The notes below the pieces were generated by a model that made no database searches, was not told the origin of the DNA, and worked only from the letters and a program-made list of their open reading frames with translations. DNA of 64,000 bases. It comes from Rhizaria sp. SCN 62-66 (Eukaryota). This document shows positions 1 through 15,561 of this stretch, piece by piece; positions within the stretch are counted from its first letter, which is position 1; the number at the start of each line of letters is the position of its first letter. The stretch covers positions 1 to 64,000 of the forward strand of contig MEDY01000016.1 in assembly GCA_001724265.1 (NCBI GenBank). Reading direction: 5' to 3'. The translations under genes were made by a program, and so were the position numbers.

Positions 1-501
1 TTATTTGACGGATGTTTGACAAAGTTGTATGGCTATTTAAAACCGCCCCTTCCAGGCGCGTTTTTGCGTTTTTCATAAACCTCTACATCAGGGGTACATA
101 TATCGATAGACGAGGCAGAATTTATTGCTCTTGCTTAATAATTAACTTAAACCAAGTTGTACGCTTCTATTTATGCTTAAATTGTGTGAATCTTAATCGG
201 GAATTAAAACTTACTGTATTTAAAATGTATGCAACATGAAAAATCTCGATCGCCCGAACGTCGTTTAAGTTCTAATGGTGATATAAATTTTAACCAACTC
301 ATGTCATATGTATATTTTCAAATAAATCAATCACATTCGTTGTATATATTAGGAAATCAGTCGCTATAGTAACAATCTGAGAAAGAAAATCTTTGATAAA
401 GATCTCGACCAAGTGGAGGTGGTCGGACGGGGAGGGTGGATGCTGCGGACATCAACTAGGGATCTCAATTTTGTTTCTCGGATTTCTCCGTGAATACTCC
501 A

Positions 502-2428
502 ATGTCGAATAAGCAGGTGCGTGATTTTTATTTTAAGCATGGTGTGCAGTAATTTTGTGTCTTTATCACTATCTTTCAACGTGCGCACATCTCACGCCAA
601 CCATTGATCCTCAACTGTCCAACCGTCCCAGCAGACATCTGGCCTTCTCGCGGGCTCGTCCGTCCTCAGCCCGGGATTCCTGCAGTCTCGCGGCAAGGTT
701 CATCCTCAAGCCGGCACCGCCGGTTTTGGCCGCTTTCTTATGGCCCTGCTTGTCGTCTTCCCTCTCTGGCTGTGCGTGCTGCTGCCGGTCGCGCTAATCA
801 CGTATCCCTTTTCGTTCCTCATGAAGAAGAAGAAGCCCGCTCGCGCTGCCGCCGCACCCACCGCCCCCGCCGCGATCACCCCGAACGCGACGCAGATTCC
901 CCTTGCTGACCGCCGCCTTGACGTCGTGCTTTTCGGCGCTACTGGCTTCACGGGGCGTCTCGCGGCCCGCTACATGGCGCGCGCCTACGGCACCAAGGTG
1001 CGCTGGGGCATCGCCGGCCGCCGCGCCGAGGCGCTCAACGCGCTCCGCGCCTCCCTCGCCGCCGAAGTGGGCGACCCTGCGCTGACAGAGCACGTGCAGG
1101 TGATCACGGCGGACGCGCAGGACGAGGGCGCGTTGCGCGCGCTGGCCGAGAGCACGCGCGTGGTGGCCACGACTGCGGGCCCCTTCTCGCTACACGGCAC
1201 GGCGCTCGTGTCGGCGTGCGTGCGCGCGGGCACGAGCTACGCCGACATTACCGGCGAGACCGACTGGGTGCGCGCGATGATCGACGGCTACGACGAGTGC
1301 GCCCGCGCCACGGGGGCGCGCATCGTGCACTTCGCCGGCCACGACTGCATTCCCTGGGACCTGTGTGTGTACAAAATCGCCGAGAAGCTCCGCACGGAGC
1401 ACAACGGCGAGGCCCTCACTTCCGTCACTTGCTACGATCAGATTGTCGGCACTGCTTCTGGTACGTTTTTCTGCTCTTCACTTCTCACGCGTCAACAAGA
1501 CCACGCAATTGCGCTACGCCGAGGCGTGACATTTTTAACATTACTGTTGGCAGCGTCACTAAAGAACGGTTTATTATGCCCAAATGAAACTATCGTCTTC
1601 ACACGTATAAGCTCACTTTTTATCTGACTATTCTCTCAAACTTTTTGATATCTGCACATCGTTCGATTTGTTCCTCCCCCAGGCGGCACTCTGGCAACCC
1701 TGTTCCACTCCCTCGAGGGCCGCACCCGCCTCCGCACCGCTCTTGCTTTCGACCCGCTGATGAAGCCCAACTCGACGCCCGCCAAGGACGCCCCCGCGGC
1801 CGCCGTGACCGCCGCGGCCGCCGCCGACGCCGCCGCGCCGTCCCGCTCGGTGACCGTGGCGCGCAACCAGACGTTCCTTGGGTACGACAGCAAGGCTCTC
1901 CTGGGCCAGGGCTCCTGGGTCGGGCCCTTCGTCATGGCCGTCGTCATGGCTAACTGCATCCGCCGCTCTAACGCCGTCAACAACTACTCCGCGGGCGGCA
2001 AGCTGGTGTACCGCGAGGCGATCGCGTACCCCGGCTTCACCGTGGCCTTCAGCGACATGATGTTCAACCTCGTCTTCGCCGTCTGCCTCTTCAACCCGCT
2101 GCTGCTGGCCGTGCTCAAGCGCGTTGTGCCGCAGCCCGGCGACGGCCCCAGCGAGGCCGAGATGGACCAGGGCTTTCTCAAGGTCACCGCGCAGGGCCGC
2201 GGCGAGCGCGGGACGCAGGTCGCCGCGGCGTTCTACTTCCCCACCGACCCCGGCTACCGCGACACAGCGCGCATGCTCGTCGAGTCCGCGCTCGCGCTCG
2301 CGCTCAACCACGAGCAGATCGATGTCGGCGGCGGCGTGTATACGCCCGCCACGTGCCTCAAGCAGGTCCTGATTGACCGCCTCGTGGCCTCGTCCTCGGC
2401 CTTCGAGGTCGCTACCGTCAGCAAGTGA
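502..2428 (+). CDS. Saccharopine dehydrogenase-like oxidoreductase (SCCPDH family), 3 exons: 502-516, 635-1460, 1683-2428 (~528 aa)
   Basis: Rossmann motif VVLFGATGFTG, plus AGPFSLHG, YADITGE and DPGYRDTARMLVESAL. The conserved SGGTLAT is rebuilt across the GTACGT..AG intron 1461-1682. Exon 1 (ATG 502, GTGCGT donor, CAGCAG acceptor) is less certain. Ends TGA. Confidence 0.88.
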
Positions 2429-3196
2429 GCTGACAATCTTTTGTCTTCGTCGTTGTTGTTAACTCTATGTTGTTTTTGTGTCACTTGTCTGTTCGTGTAA
2501 GTTTGTCGATAGAGGTAATGCTTTGATTTATTTGTCCATAATACACACATGAGCTGAATACGTATAAACGATCTAACGGTATTGTTCACTGCAACTGGGA
2601 AACAGACTATGCAATAAGGAATTTACTCGAACCTAATAGTGGAGCTCTTGCCATCTTTGCATTGGCGGCTGCAGGTGCCGAGTTGAGAGAAGGAGTCGAA
2701 CCACTCGGTCATGGCGTCAGTCATCAATCGAGGTCACATCAATGCCAGCATTCGTGCTTTCCTCTTCGTGTCTTTCTTCGCATTTCCGGCCTGTCAACAC
2801 TTCGCGTTGGAAAAGATAATCTCACATGTGTTTCACCGTCTCATGCATTGGCATGTAGCCATAAGAATAAAAATCATCGGTTTTCTTAATTCCTTTTACG
2901 ACAATCTTTGAATGTGTGATTCCATTGCGAATAGTACGTACGCGGAACCCAACTCATCACAGGTTCACTCGACTTCATGCAAAACAAAAAGACATGTTAC
3001 ACCACTTAAGGCGAACTCAACAAAATCCCAATATTGAGACCGCATTCAAACACGGATTTCTTTTTATTATGAATGCCCATTTTCCTACGCTTAGCCTTAT
3101 TGCACCCAAAATGATCTCCATTTTTTTTCCCGCATTGTATTGTGACTGACTGGACGCCAGAGACCCGATATTGCTGCATATAACAGCTTTTGAGCC

Positions 3197-4669
3197 ATGT
3201 CTGTCTCATTCAACTTTCTCTCATTTCATGAGGCTGTGGCTGACTTAACGTCACTCTCACCGTCACTCGCTGGAGTGCAGAAGCTAGCCGAACACACAAA
3301 AGATTACACAGCGTCACAGTCACAGGCTCTCATTGCAGAATGTCTCGACTACGGTGTCATTGACTGGCTCGTACAGTCATTCCAATACTGTCAGGATGAG
3401 GTCGCACACGAACGCACATTGGCAACGCTCCATGTGTTGAATAACGTGTCCAGAACGTGCTCTGATGTCCTGCTTGAGCCTGGTGTCATCGAAGTCATCT
3501 GCGACTTACTCTATCTCGGTCAGCACGATGTGATTGCTTGTGAAGCAATGCTGACGCTAAACATCTCGGAATCCATCCGCTACACCGTTTTTGACGCACT
3601 AGCCAAGCGCGGCGCATTAATCTATCTATGCGACTACGTGGCCGAGGTCTATACTAACTTTACCACTGTTAACTCTGAGGTGATCACGATCGCTGCAAAA
3701 ACCATGTACGGATTTGCATACCAGAAACACCGCATCAAATCAAAACACGATGCTATTTTACCTACGCTGACTTCACTTCTTGCGTTTGCGCTGCGTCACT
3801 TTCACTCAGTTCCCAATCTTGAAGCAGCACTGAGGACGACTTGTGATTCAGTGTTTTGGATGTACTGTCCAGGCTGCCCGGATAACAAATTTTTCGAAGC
3901 TTTTATTGCCGGCGGTGATCACAGCCTATTTCACAGTGCGCTTGAGTTACTACGGATTGACAGCGCATCCTTTGCGAGCCTTCGACTACGGGGTCTGTGC
4001 GAATCTGTTTCTAACTATGATGGTGACAAGCCCATGCGCGCATTTACAGTGTCAACAATGGTTTATCTGAAGCGTATTGCAGAATCAAGGGAGTATCTTA
4101 GCTCTTTATTGTTCGAAGATATTACTACAGCGCTATTGAATCTGACAAACAAAGGATCAGTCATGGTTTCGCGCATATTTGAGTCGAATGTGCTACAAGC
4201 TGTCGTTAAGCGTCTGGAAATGAAGCTGCGGAATGAAACATCCTGGTACTTTTTCAACACGCCGAGCGAGAATCTAATTATGGTAATCATCAACATGCTA
4301 AAGACGTCCCCAGCAAATGATGCCAATCAGTCACGGTTTTTTGTAGCGCTGACACTGCTTGAGTATGGTGCCCTGCGTTTTTGCACACAAGTACTTGGTG
4401 CTGCTGTTGCGGATACCCATACGTCATCGTTACGGCCACTTGTAGTGTGCGAGGCAGTGCGACTTATGATCTAGTCAGGGGATACGAGCCCTGATCTAGT
4501 CGTACTGGTTGAAGATGTTGAACCGCGCAACGTGTTCCTGGCAGATTTCTTTGCAGCGGGTGGTAGGGACATACTAGTAAACTTGACTCGACGTAACATG
4601 ACGTCCAATTATGTGTTTATGCTTCACAAGCTGGTGGTGTCCATTGTGGGTGACATCACGAAGAAATGA
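3197..4669 (+). CDS. Intronless armadillo/importin-alpha-like helical repeat protein with one in-frame TAG at 4472-4474 (~490 aa if read through)
   Basis: ARM-like segments (GVIDWLVQ, PGVIEVICDLL, GALIYLC, ALLNLT, SNVLQAVV, YGALRFC). The frame stays open for 64 codons after the TAG, to TGA 4667-4669. That extension (NVFLADFFAAGGRDILVNL) resembles the last importin-alpha ARM repeat. Confidence 0.65.
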
Positions 4670-5087
4670 ATAGTTGTCGTGTGGTCGAAGTGCAAATGCT
4701 GTTAAGCTGAACAACATTATAATGAGAGTGCATAAAAAAGACTCGTAATTGGCCGAAATATGTGCGGTTTGCTTGGCATATATGTATTATTCACATTTTT
4801 ACATGTACTGTACGTACATATGTACGTACGTGTAGGTATAATCAAGTGAAAGAAGCAACATGAGATGGAGAAAGTGTTTTTTAATCGTAATTGGCCTTGT
4901 ATCTCTCACAAATAGACATAATATACCAGTTTATATCATAATCACGATTTTAAATAAACACAACGTGACCAGAAAGTAACAAAAATGAAGAAAAGGCAAA
5001 TCACTGTTGTCCCAACCAACTTTGTTACTCACAGCCATTTGCTAATGAATCAAGGTGGGTTCACACAGCTTTGTTCATTGACTAAAC

Positions 5088-5310
5088 TCACTCTTCAATG
5101 AGTTCGTAGTAGAGTATGCACGCCTGTACAACGCCGTTGTGACGAGCAGCGGCGACAAATCTCTCAGCGGTTGCACTCTGTCGTCGCTCACTCACCATCA
5201 CACAGCCGCCGGGAATGGACTGTGAGTTCGTGTACGGCTGCGGTCCCTCCTGCTCTTCGTTCAGCACCGCGGCGGCGGCGGCGGCATCCTTCTCGACACG
5301 CTCCTTGTCG
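5088..5310 (-). pseudogene. GC-rich coding-like fragment, possibly the C-terminus of a ubiquitin-specific protease
   Basis: Minus-strand translation ends ...HNGVVQACILYYELIEE*, similar to the terminal AY(I/L)L(F/Y)Y strand of USP domains. It has a poly-Ala run typical of genes here and no 5' part. Confidence 0.3.
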
Positions 5311-5406
5311 GTACCCATGGACTTAAGTCTGCGTAAAGTGACGACCAATGATATGATCATGCTACACAAGCTCGTAGTATCCATGGTGAGCGACGTTGCT
5401 CAGTAA
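5311..5406 (+). pseudogene. Orphan fragment paralogous to the post-TAG C-terminus of the ARM gene
   Basis: Gap-free 32-codon alignment to 4571-4666: VPMDLSLRKVTTNDMIMLHKLVVSMVSDVAQ* versus ILVNLTRRNMTSNYVFMLHKLVVSIVGDITKK. No homologous upstream part is visible. Confidence 0.7.
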
Positions 5407-5811
5407 AATCATGTGCACGATCGGCGGCGACGCATCAAGGATAGTGGCATGAATAAAGTGTTCACGGTCACTAGAACATATGTTTCTTTCTTTCCGAAAG
5501 AAAGGCATCGTAAGACGAAAACAATATGTATAAAAACGTCGCTTCTCAAAGAATATAGTGTGAATTATGGTATTTTATTTGATTCTGCTCAATCTTGACC
5601 ACGGAATCCCAAGCGATCAACGCATGAGCGTCTCGGAAGTTGCAGCTGACCAGCACGGCGCGCTGCACGGTCGACGTCGCAGCGAAGTCACTCGGAAGCA
5701 CTGCGGGCTACAGCAAAGAGTCTTCTGCGTTGCCGTGCCGTGTTAGCAGCAAGAACAACTCAACTTCAGCGAATTAACACACGAGACCACTGACAATGAC
5801 AGACTTGTGAC

Positions 5812-6443
5812 TTAGAGCTTGGCCTGGGTCTTCCATGTGGGGACGGCCTTGGTGAGGGCCTCGACGTACTTGACCTTAGCATCATCCTTGGACATCCTGC
5901 CGCGAAAAGGGCGCACAGCGACGCGCGGTTGAAGAGCACATCAGGCGAGACAGCAAACAGAAAGAAGCAGTAGAAAATGCGTCGGAAAGTGGAAATGGAA
6001 GAGAGTTTTTAGTGAGATGATGAGTGACATAAAGAGAAATAAGGGTTAAATAAATGGTCAAATATGCGGCGTAGTTATAAACGAGTCGATTTTCTCGCAA
6101 ACAAGTTATATATGTGGTTTAAAAGTTGCTTTAGCTAGACGTACTGCTTGAGGTCGGCCCAAGCCTTCCACTTGGAGTACTCGATGATACGCAGACGAGA
6201 GGGAGCCTTCTCATTGCAGGGACCATCGGTGGCCTGCTTAAAGAGCGAGTAGAAGGCAAGCTTCACATCGTTGGACAGCTTGATCCCCGAAGAGGCTACA
6301 GCGTACAGGTATACAAAGTGGAAGGATCCGAAATGAGTTGAGGGCAGCTCGTGTCGGAAAGTGAATAGAAGGGAATTGACTGAAAAGGATAGGGACTTAC
6401 CTTGAACGAACTTAACACCAGCTTCAAAGTCGGCGGCGCTCAT
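5812..6443 (-). CDS. ACBP: Acyl-CoA-binding protein (ACBP), 3 exons: 6443-6401, 6295-6145, 5896-5812 (92 aa), with C-terminal AKL
   Basis: Spliced product MSAADFEAGVKFVQASSGIKLSNDVKLAFYSLFKQATDGPC..KWKAWADLKQMSKDDAKVKYVEALTKAVPTWKTQAKL* carries the ACBP signatures YxLFKQAT and KWxAW. Ends TAA. Confidence 0.95.
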
Positions 6444-6722
6444 CTTAAATAAGTTATACAATCCTGGTAGACGGATGACAGAGGCTGCTTTGACACCATC
6501 AAAATCGTGTGGTCGGATTGCCGCCACCGCCGATCGAGCTCGTTGGCGCCATGCCCGCCGAAATAAAACAAGATGATGCACGATCATTTGACCGTCTATA
6601 GGCATATAACCTGCAACATGCAAATTAAAGTGTTTTATTGATTGTTAATTAAAAAATGGATTTGCTCAACCTCTCCCGCTTTCGCTTTACCCCACTTCCT
6701 CACTTCCGCAGCCTCAAGTCGC

Positions 6723-8142
6723 ATGGTACGTCCCTCTCCCGCCAAACATCTCCCGCCCGCCCCAGCGCTGCGACATTTTCTTCGTCACGTCATCTAACCA
6801 CGAATATGATATATATTTGCTCTCTTTTTGTTTCTGGCACCACTGTAGTCAGCTGAAGACCTGAGCGAAGAGGCTCAAGAGGTCTACAAGTACATGTACT
6901 CGGTACGTTGCCTTCAACCTACAAATTCTCTACCCACGAGACATGTCACTCACACGTCCCCTGATGTATACTAAACTGTGATACATGGTACAATCATGAA
7001 TTTATTACCTTATACCTTCTGTACGCTTTGGTATGCTTTGTTTTCTCTTTTGTCCTGCGCAGAACAACCGCCCGATGTCGGCGCTGATGGTGTTCGACAA
7101 CATGCACGAGCGCGTCAAGAAGGGTCAGGTCGGCGTCGCGCTGGACGAGCTCGCCGACCGCGGCGTCCTCGTCGCCAAGCTCTACGGCAAGAGCAAGATC
7201 TATCACGTCAACCAGGACATGTACCCTGCGGACGACGCTGCCGCCGCAGCCGAGAGCGGCTCAGCCGCCGCCGCAATCGCGAGGTACGTACTTGACTAAA
7301 TCACAATTTATAGCATTGAACATTTAAATTGATAAGGATAATATTTCTATTCTATATGTAATTCATATTAATATATATTTAATCTTTACGTTGTTCCTAC
7401 AAAATAATGTCTTGTGCTTTTTTTTGCTGCGTTTAATGTTCGTTCGCATGCTCAGGGCGCGCACCCTTAAGGAAGAGGTTGACGCCCTCAACAAGGAGAT
7501 CGCCGCCCTTGAGGCTTCCCCAACCGACGAGCAGGCGCAGGAGTCTCTTGAGAAGGCGCAAGCAGAGGTACGTCTTGCATTTCTACTCTCTTCTTGTGAG
7601 GCCTAACTTAAAGTTGATTAAACGCAACATGTGTCAACTCTCAACTCATCTTGTGTCTACAAGTCATCTAGGTCAACGATTACTCTCTTCGTTGTGTCTC
7701 TCTTTGAATTCCCTTTCACACCTTGAACCTTAAATTCATTTTCCTCGCCGTATCCTCTTTTTCTCCTTCCATCCGCCAACTCTGTGTCCTCCCCTCTCAG
7801 AACACGCGCCTATCCGATGTGCTGCAGAAGGCCCGCCTCGCCTCCCTGTCCGAGCTGACCGGCGGCGGCGCCAGCGCCAGCGCCAAGGGCGGCGCCAAGG
7901 CCACGGCGGCAGACGGCGGCATCGACGCCAAGAAGCGGGCGCTGTGGCAATACGTGCGCGAGTGGCGCGCGCGGCGCAAGGCGTGCTACGACATGATGGA
8001 CGTGTACCTGGAAAACGTGAGCAAGACGCGCAAGGTGTTCATGCGCGAGCTGGGCGTGGAGCCCGACGAGGAGGCCAAGATCGACATCAAGGAGTACATT
8101 GCGCTCGCCGAGGAGTGGGGCTGCCACACTGTCAAGAAGTGA
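6723..8142 (+). CDS. HOP2: Meiotic homologous-pairing protein Hop2/TBPIP, 5 exons: 6723-6725, 6849-6902, 7063-7283, 7456-7567, 7801-8142 (~243 aa)
   Basis: Winged-helix motif YMYSNNRPMSALMVFDN...KLYGKSKIYHVNQD, a coiled coil, and C-terminal YVREWRARRKAC...ELGVEPD match Hop2. Four GTACGT donors keep the frame. An alternative start at 6656 is possible. Ends TGA. Confidence 0.88.
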
Positions 8143-8762
8143 AGTGACAAGCATGTCAACTCACCGACGCACACATGGGGTCGTGCGGGCTTAAAGAAGA
8201 TTCACTTGAACAAATTGACTTCAAGCTGTGGAGAAAGATTACGGTGAGATATCCGTGAGTTTGCTTCATGTTCACCATTGCTTGGACGATCGTACTCGTC
8301 GTCAAGACACACAAAATGAAACAACTACTAGATAGATTAGATATAGATAGAGATATAGGGATTGAGTGTGCTTTGATCACAGTCACTCTTCTGCGTACAG
8401 TCACACCTCACTGCTCCTCACAGTCACTTGCGCTGGCTCGAGGAGTGAAACGAGGGCGGCTGGTTGTTGACATGAGCTCGCTTGCGAAGGCCGCATCTCG
8501 TCAACGAATGAATAGAAACTGAATTTAACACTAATCTCATGTATTTTTGCATATCTATTATGTCATTGTTATTTGAAATTCTTATCATGATTGGTTTTGC
8601 AAACTATAACAGCTGTGACTTAACACCTCCTTTAAGACAGCGCATCGCCACTCAGGGACTTTTCTTCGTCTCACAACTTGAAGCGTGTAGACCTTTGCAT
8701 ATATCTTTTCTGTAGGTATTGCCCAGGTTATTTTATATCTTGATTTGTGAGCGCGCGTTGTG

Positions 8763-11048
8763 ATGGAGCAGTCTTCGGGCTCAGCGCGTGACGAATATTC
8801 GTGCTGTGAAAGCAGCCTTCATCAGACGCTCACTGATCTTGCCCGCACAGCCTCGCGGACATCAATCGTTGCTGCTGCGGCTGCTTCTACAACGGCGTCA
8901 GTTACTTCTCCTGCAACCGCTGGCGCGCCTTCGCCGCCACATTGCACAGTTTCGCTTGCTTCCGGGGCCGGGGGAGTTTGCGATGCGAGTCTCGCGTTAC
9001 TGAGTCCCTCGACGCACACCATGCACGCGTTTCAAGTTGGCAATCGCACAAGCGCGGGCAAAAGTGCTGTTAACAGCACGTTTCACGGCGTGGCTCCCTC
9101 AGCACTTGATGTATTGCCCCCATGTTGCCCTATCATTCGTACTCAAGAGTGGACAGCGCTGGTGCAGCAAGCACACGACGCATCTCTCGAGCGCTATGCA
9201 CCAGTGGCCAACTCCAGCAACAGCAACAGCAACGCAGGAAGCAAAGATGGCACCAATTACTTGCGTGTTCCTAGCGCTCGCGGGCGCGGCTTTACAGTGA
9301 CTGCAGGGGAGAGCAACAGTGACGCCCCTGTGCCGAGCGTTGACACCGGCGTCCCGACTCCGCGCAGCGGCAGTGCGGCGACCACGCCCATGTGCGCAAC
9401 GCCACTTAGCGTGCACGAGGGCGGACCGCTCACGCAACTCGCCGGCACGGGTCCCTGCGTGCTGTATACTGACATCCCGTTCATCAGCCGCATGTTTAAG
9501 GTCTTCGGACACGTCGCAGTTACCAACTCAGACAGGACGCGCATCTACGAGTTGCGCGCTTGGTACGCACACATGCTCTTTGCAAATCGATATCAATTAA
9601 AACTAGCTAGCAAAACTGCAATTAAAACTACCTCTTACACTCTCATATTCATTTGTATTGCGCTTTATTTCAGGCCTTGCTTGGCATCGAATAACTCTGT
9701 CTGGGTGATGGAAGGCGACACGCCGTACGCCAAACGCGCACGCGCACGCAAGCAACGCGCACGCGTTGTTGCTGACGCAAACAACAACGTCGCCACCGTC
9801 GACAACAACCCCGACAGCGTGAGCTATGACAGCACTAACAACGCTCACAGCAGCGTCGGTGCGAGTCACAGTAGCAGCAACAGCAACGATGACATCATCA
9901 CTAGCCGCCGCAACGCTGGCGAGAGTGGCAGAAATCGCGGTCTGAACAGCCTTGCCACAGGCCTTAGTGGCGCCTTCAGCTTTAAGCCTATCCTCTTTGG
10001 CCGGCCCAGCAAGTGCCTACCGCTTGGCGTGCCCCCCTCTTTGTACGCGGAATACGACGCGGCACTAGAGGAAGAGCTAGAGCTGTGGCAGCAGCGCATG
10101 CACTTTGGCCTCCGCAGCAACTGCCACACGTTTATCTGCGACGCGCTTAACAACATGCACCGCCGGGCGGGTGGCGAGGGCGCACCCTACACGATGATAA
10201 AGCTCGGCCTTGCCGTGTACACGAGCTCGATCGAAGTCAGGCCGCGCACGCAGCGGAACATCGCCGCCGCGGTGACGCACGACGCGGGCAAGGCGTTGCG
10301 CTCGCTGGTCGAGAGCATTGTCGGGCTGCGGCAGGAGCTGCAAAGCGCGGCGCGGCGGCAGCTGAACCGAATCCCATCGCAGTCGTACGTGCCGTGGCCG
10401 GTCAGCGCTATGGCAGCGCCAGTGCTGCGGCTGTACTACGGTCTTGCGGCGTCGCCCACAGTAAGAAACAGCAGCAATAGCAACAACGTCAGCAGCAGCG
10501 GAGGCAGCGATCTGGTTGGTGGCTAGGCCTTACTGCCTGCAAGTGCGAGCGTCAGCGCGAGCAACGCTGTTGTTTCAAACTTGCTGCTGGGGATTGACTG
10601 TGAGCAGAAGAAGAGTGAGCCGACAGACAAGCTCGTTAGCAGTGATGATGCAGGACGCGTTGTGCGCTTTTCGATGTGCGTCGAGTGTCTGTCCGCAAAC
10701 CCAAGTGCTGAGTGCAGTCCTCTGTCTTCAAATACTCGCGCAAGCAGCGGCTGCGACGCGGGGGAAGAGGTTGAAGAATGTTATAGCAGTACAATTTCTG
10801 TGAGCCACAATAACGGCGTCGCAACTCAGACTGTCATTTGCACCAGCTGTGGTACGGCTGACGCAGCGATGCATTCTCAGTTATTAAGCACTAGTGTCCA
10901 GAGCGGCGAGGACTGTGTTGACACGCACAAGCCTGCGAACGAGACTAACAGCTCGAACACAAGTGTGGTTGTGGGCGCTGATGATGGAGAGGTTGGGGGG
11001 AAGCTCGCGCCTGCCCCCGGTCTTCGGTGGCTTTGGGGCTGGTTTTGA
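8763..11048 (+). CDS. TMEM222/RTE1-like (DUF778) protein with low-complexity extensions; intron 9563-9673; in-frame TAG at 10524-10526 (~724 aa if read through)
   Basis: Motifs PCVLYTDIPFISRMFKVFGHVAV, ILFGRPSK and YDAALEEE...RMH...NCHTFICDALN fit the family. The intron is AT-rich, 111 nt, GTACGC..CAG. The frame continues 173 codons past the TAG to TGA, after which the sequence turns AT-rich. Confidence 0.75.
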
Positions 11049-11484
11049 GCATACAACTTACTTCACGGATAGTATCATCACAGTTGGTCTGTCAGTGCAT
11101 GTCCACGAAAACAGTCCAGTTGGGTTGAGCAGAGTAAATGTACGCTGTTGTAATTGTAATCAATGAGTATGCTGGTGAGTTTAATGACAACAAGGAGTGG
11201 TGAGACAGGTGATAAGAAAGTAGCATAGATCCAACTGAATTGAATATCTTGAACTTGAGTCGGACATATTTTACAGTTAATGGAGAGTTAAAACTAAGCA
11301 TAAATGATTGAATACAGAACAAATCAAAGTTAGGCATAGTATTATTGATACACTTGCTACTCTGTGTATGTTGTGTTATATCAACTCTGATTTTGACATG
11401 TAATGATACTAAAGAAAATCGTGGCCTTTACAGTGTACATCAGTCATATTAAACTGTCTTGACTAACGTCGTGGCAATCTTTGC

Positions 11485-15260
<3,776 letters not shown>

Positions 15261-15561
15261 GTTTGGCGCTCAGGTGAAGGCCGTTAGAGTTATAATATAA
15301 GGAATAAGCAGGTGACAAATGTTCGTTGTCCGAAACCACTGTGGTGTGTCTATTGACGGAGAGAGTGATGCCTAAGCTACAAAACAATGAGCGCTACGAG
15401 AAAGCCGTTGAAGAGCATCCACACAACCACAAAACCTCGTCTGAAATACGCTCAATATATCTCGCTGTCTGAATTGACAGTTTGAACTCAACCACGTTTC
15501 CACTTATCTAACAGTGATTTTATTTGTTACACTTCTTTTATACTCTCGAAATCGTGTATAG
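15261..15561. promoter_or_regulatory. Putative bidirectional promoter between PRP2/DHX16 and SPP2/GPKOW
   Basis: A 301-bp AT-rich spacer between two divergent ATGs (15260 on minus, 15562 on plus). No specific elements identified. Confidence 0.6.

Noticed and set aside
12-500. Short ORFs in AT-rich ends and spacers (e.g. 12-239, 2916-3149, 44039-44260, 63602-63841)
   Set aside because: They have AT-rich intergenic composition, lack the coding codon bias seen in real genes here, and show no motifs.
2680-2710. Minus-strand GGTTCGACTCC resembling a tRNA T-arm/B-box (checked as a possible UAG-decoding tRNA)
   Set aside because: I could not form an acceptor stem, D-arm or anticodon arm from the flanking sequence.
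6135-6137. ORF-track TAG 'stops' at the ends of the ACBP ORF (6135), DHX16 ORFs (12288, 13928, 14253) and before 23599
   Set aside because: These TAGs lie inside introns or are splice acceptors, so they are neither gene ends nor read-through sites.
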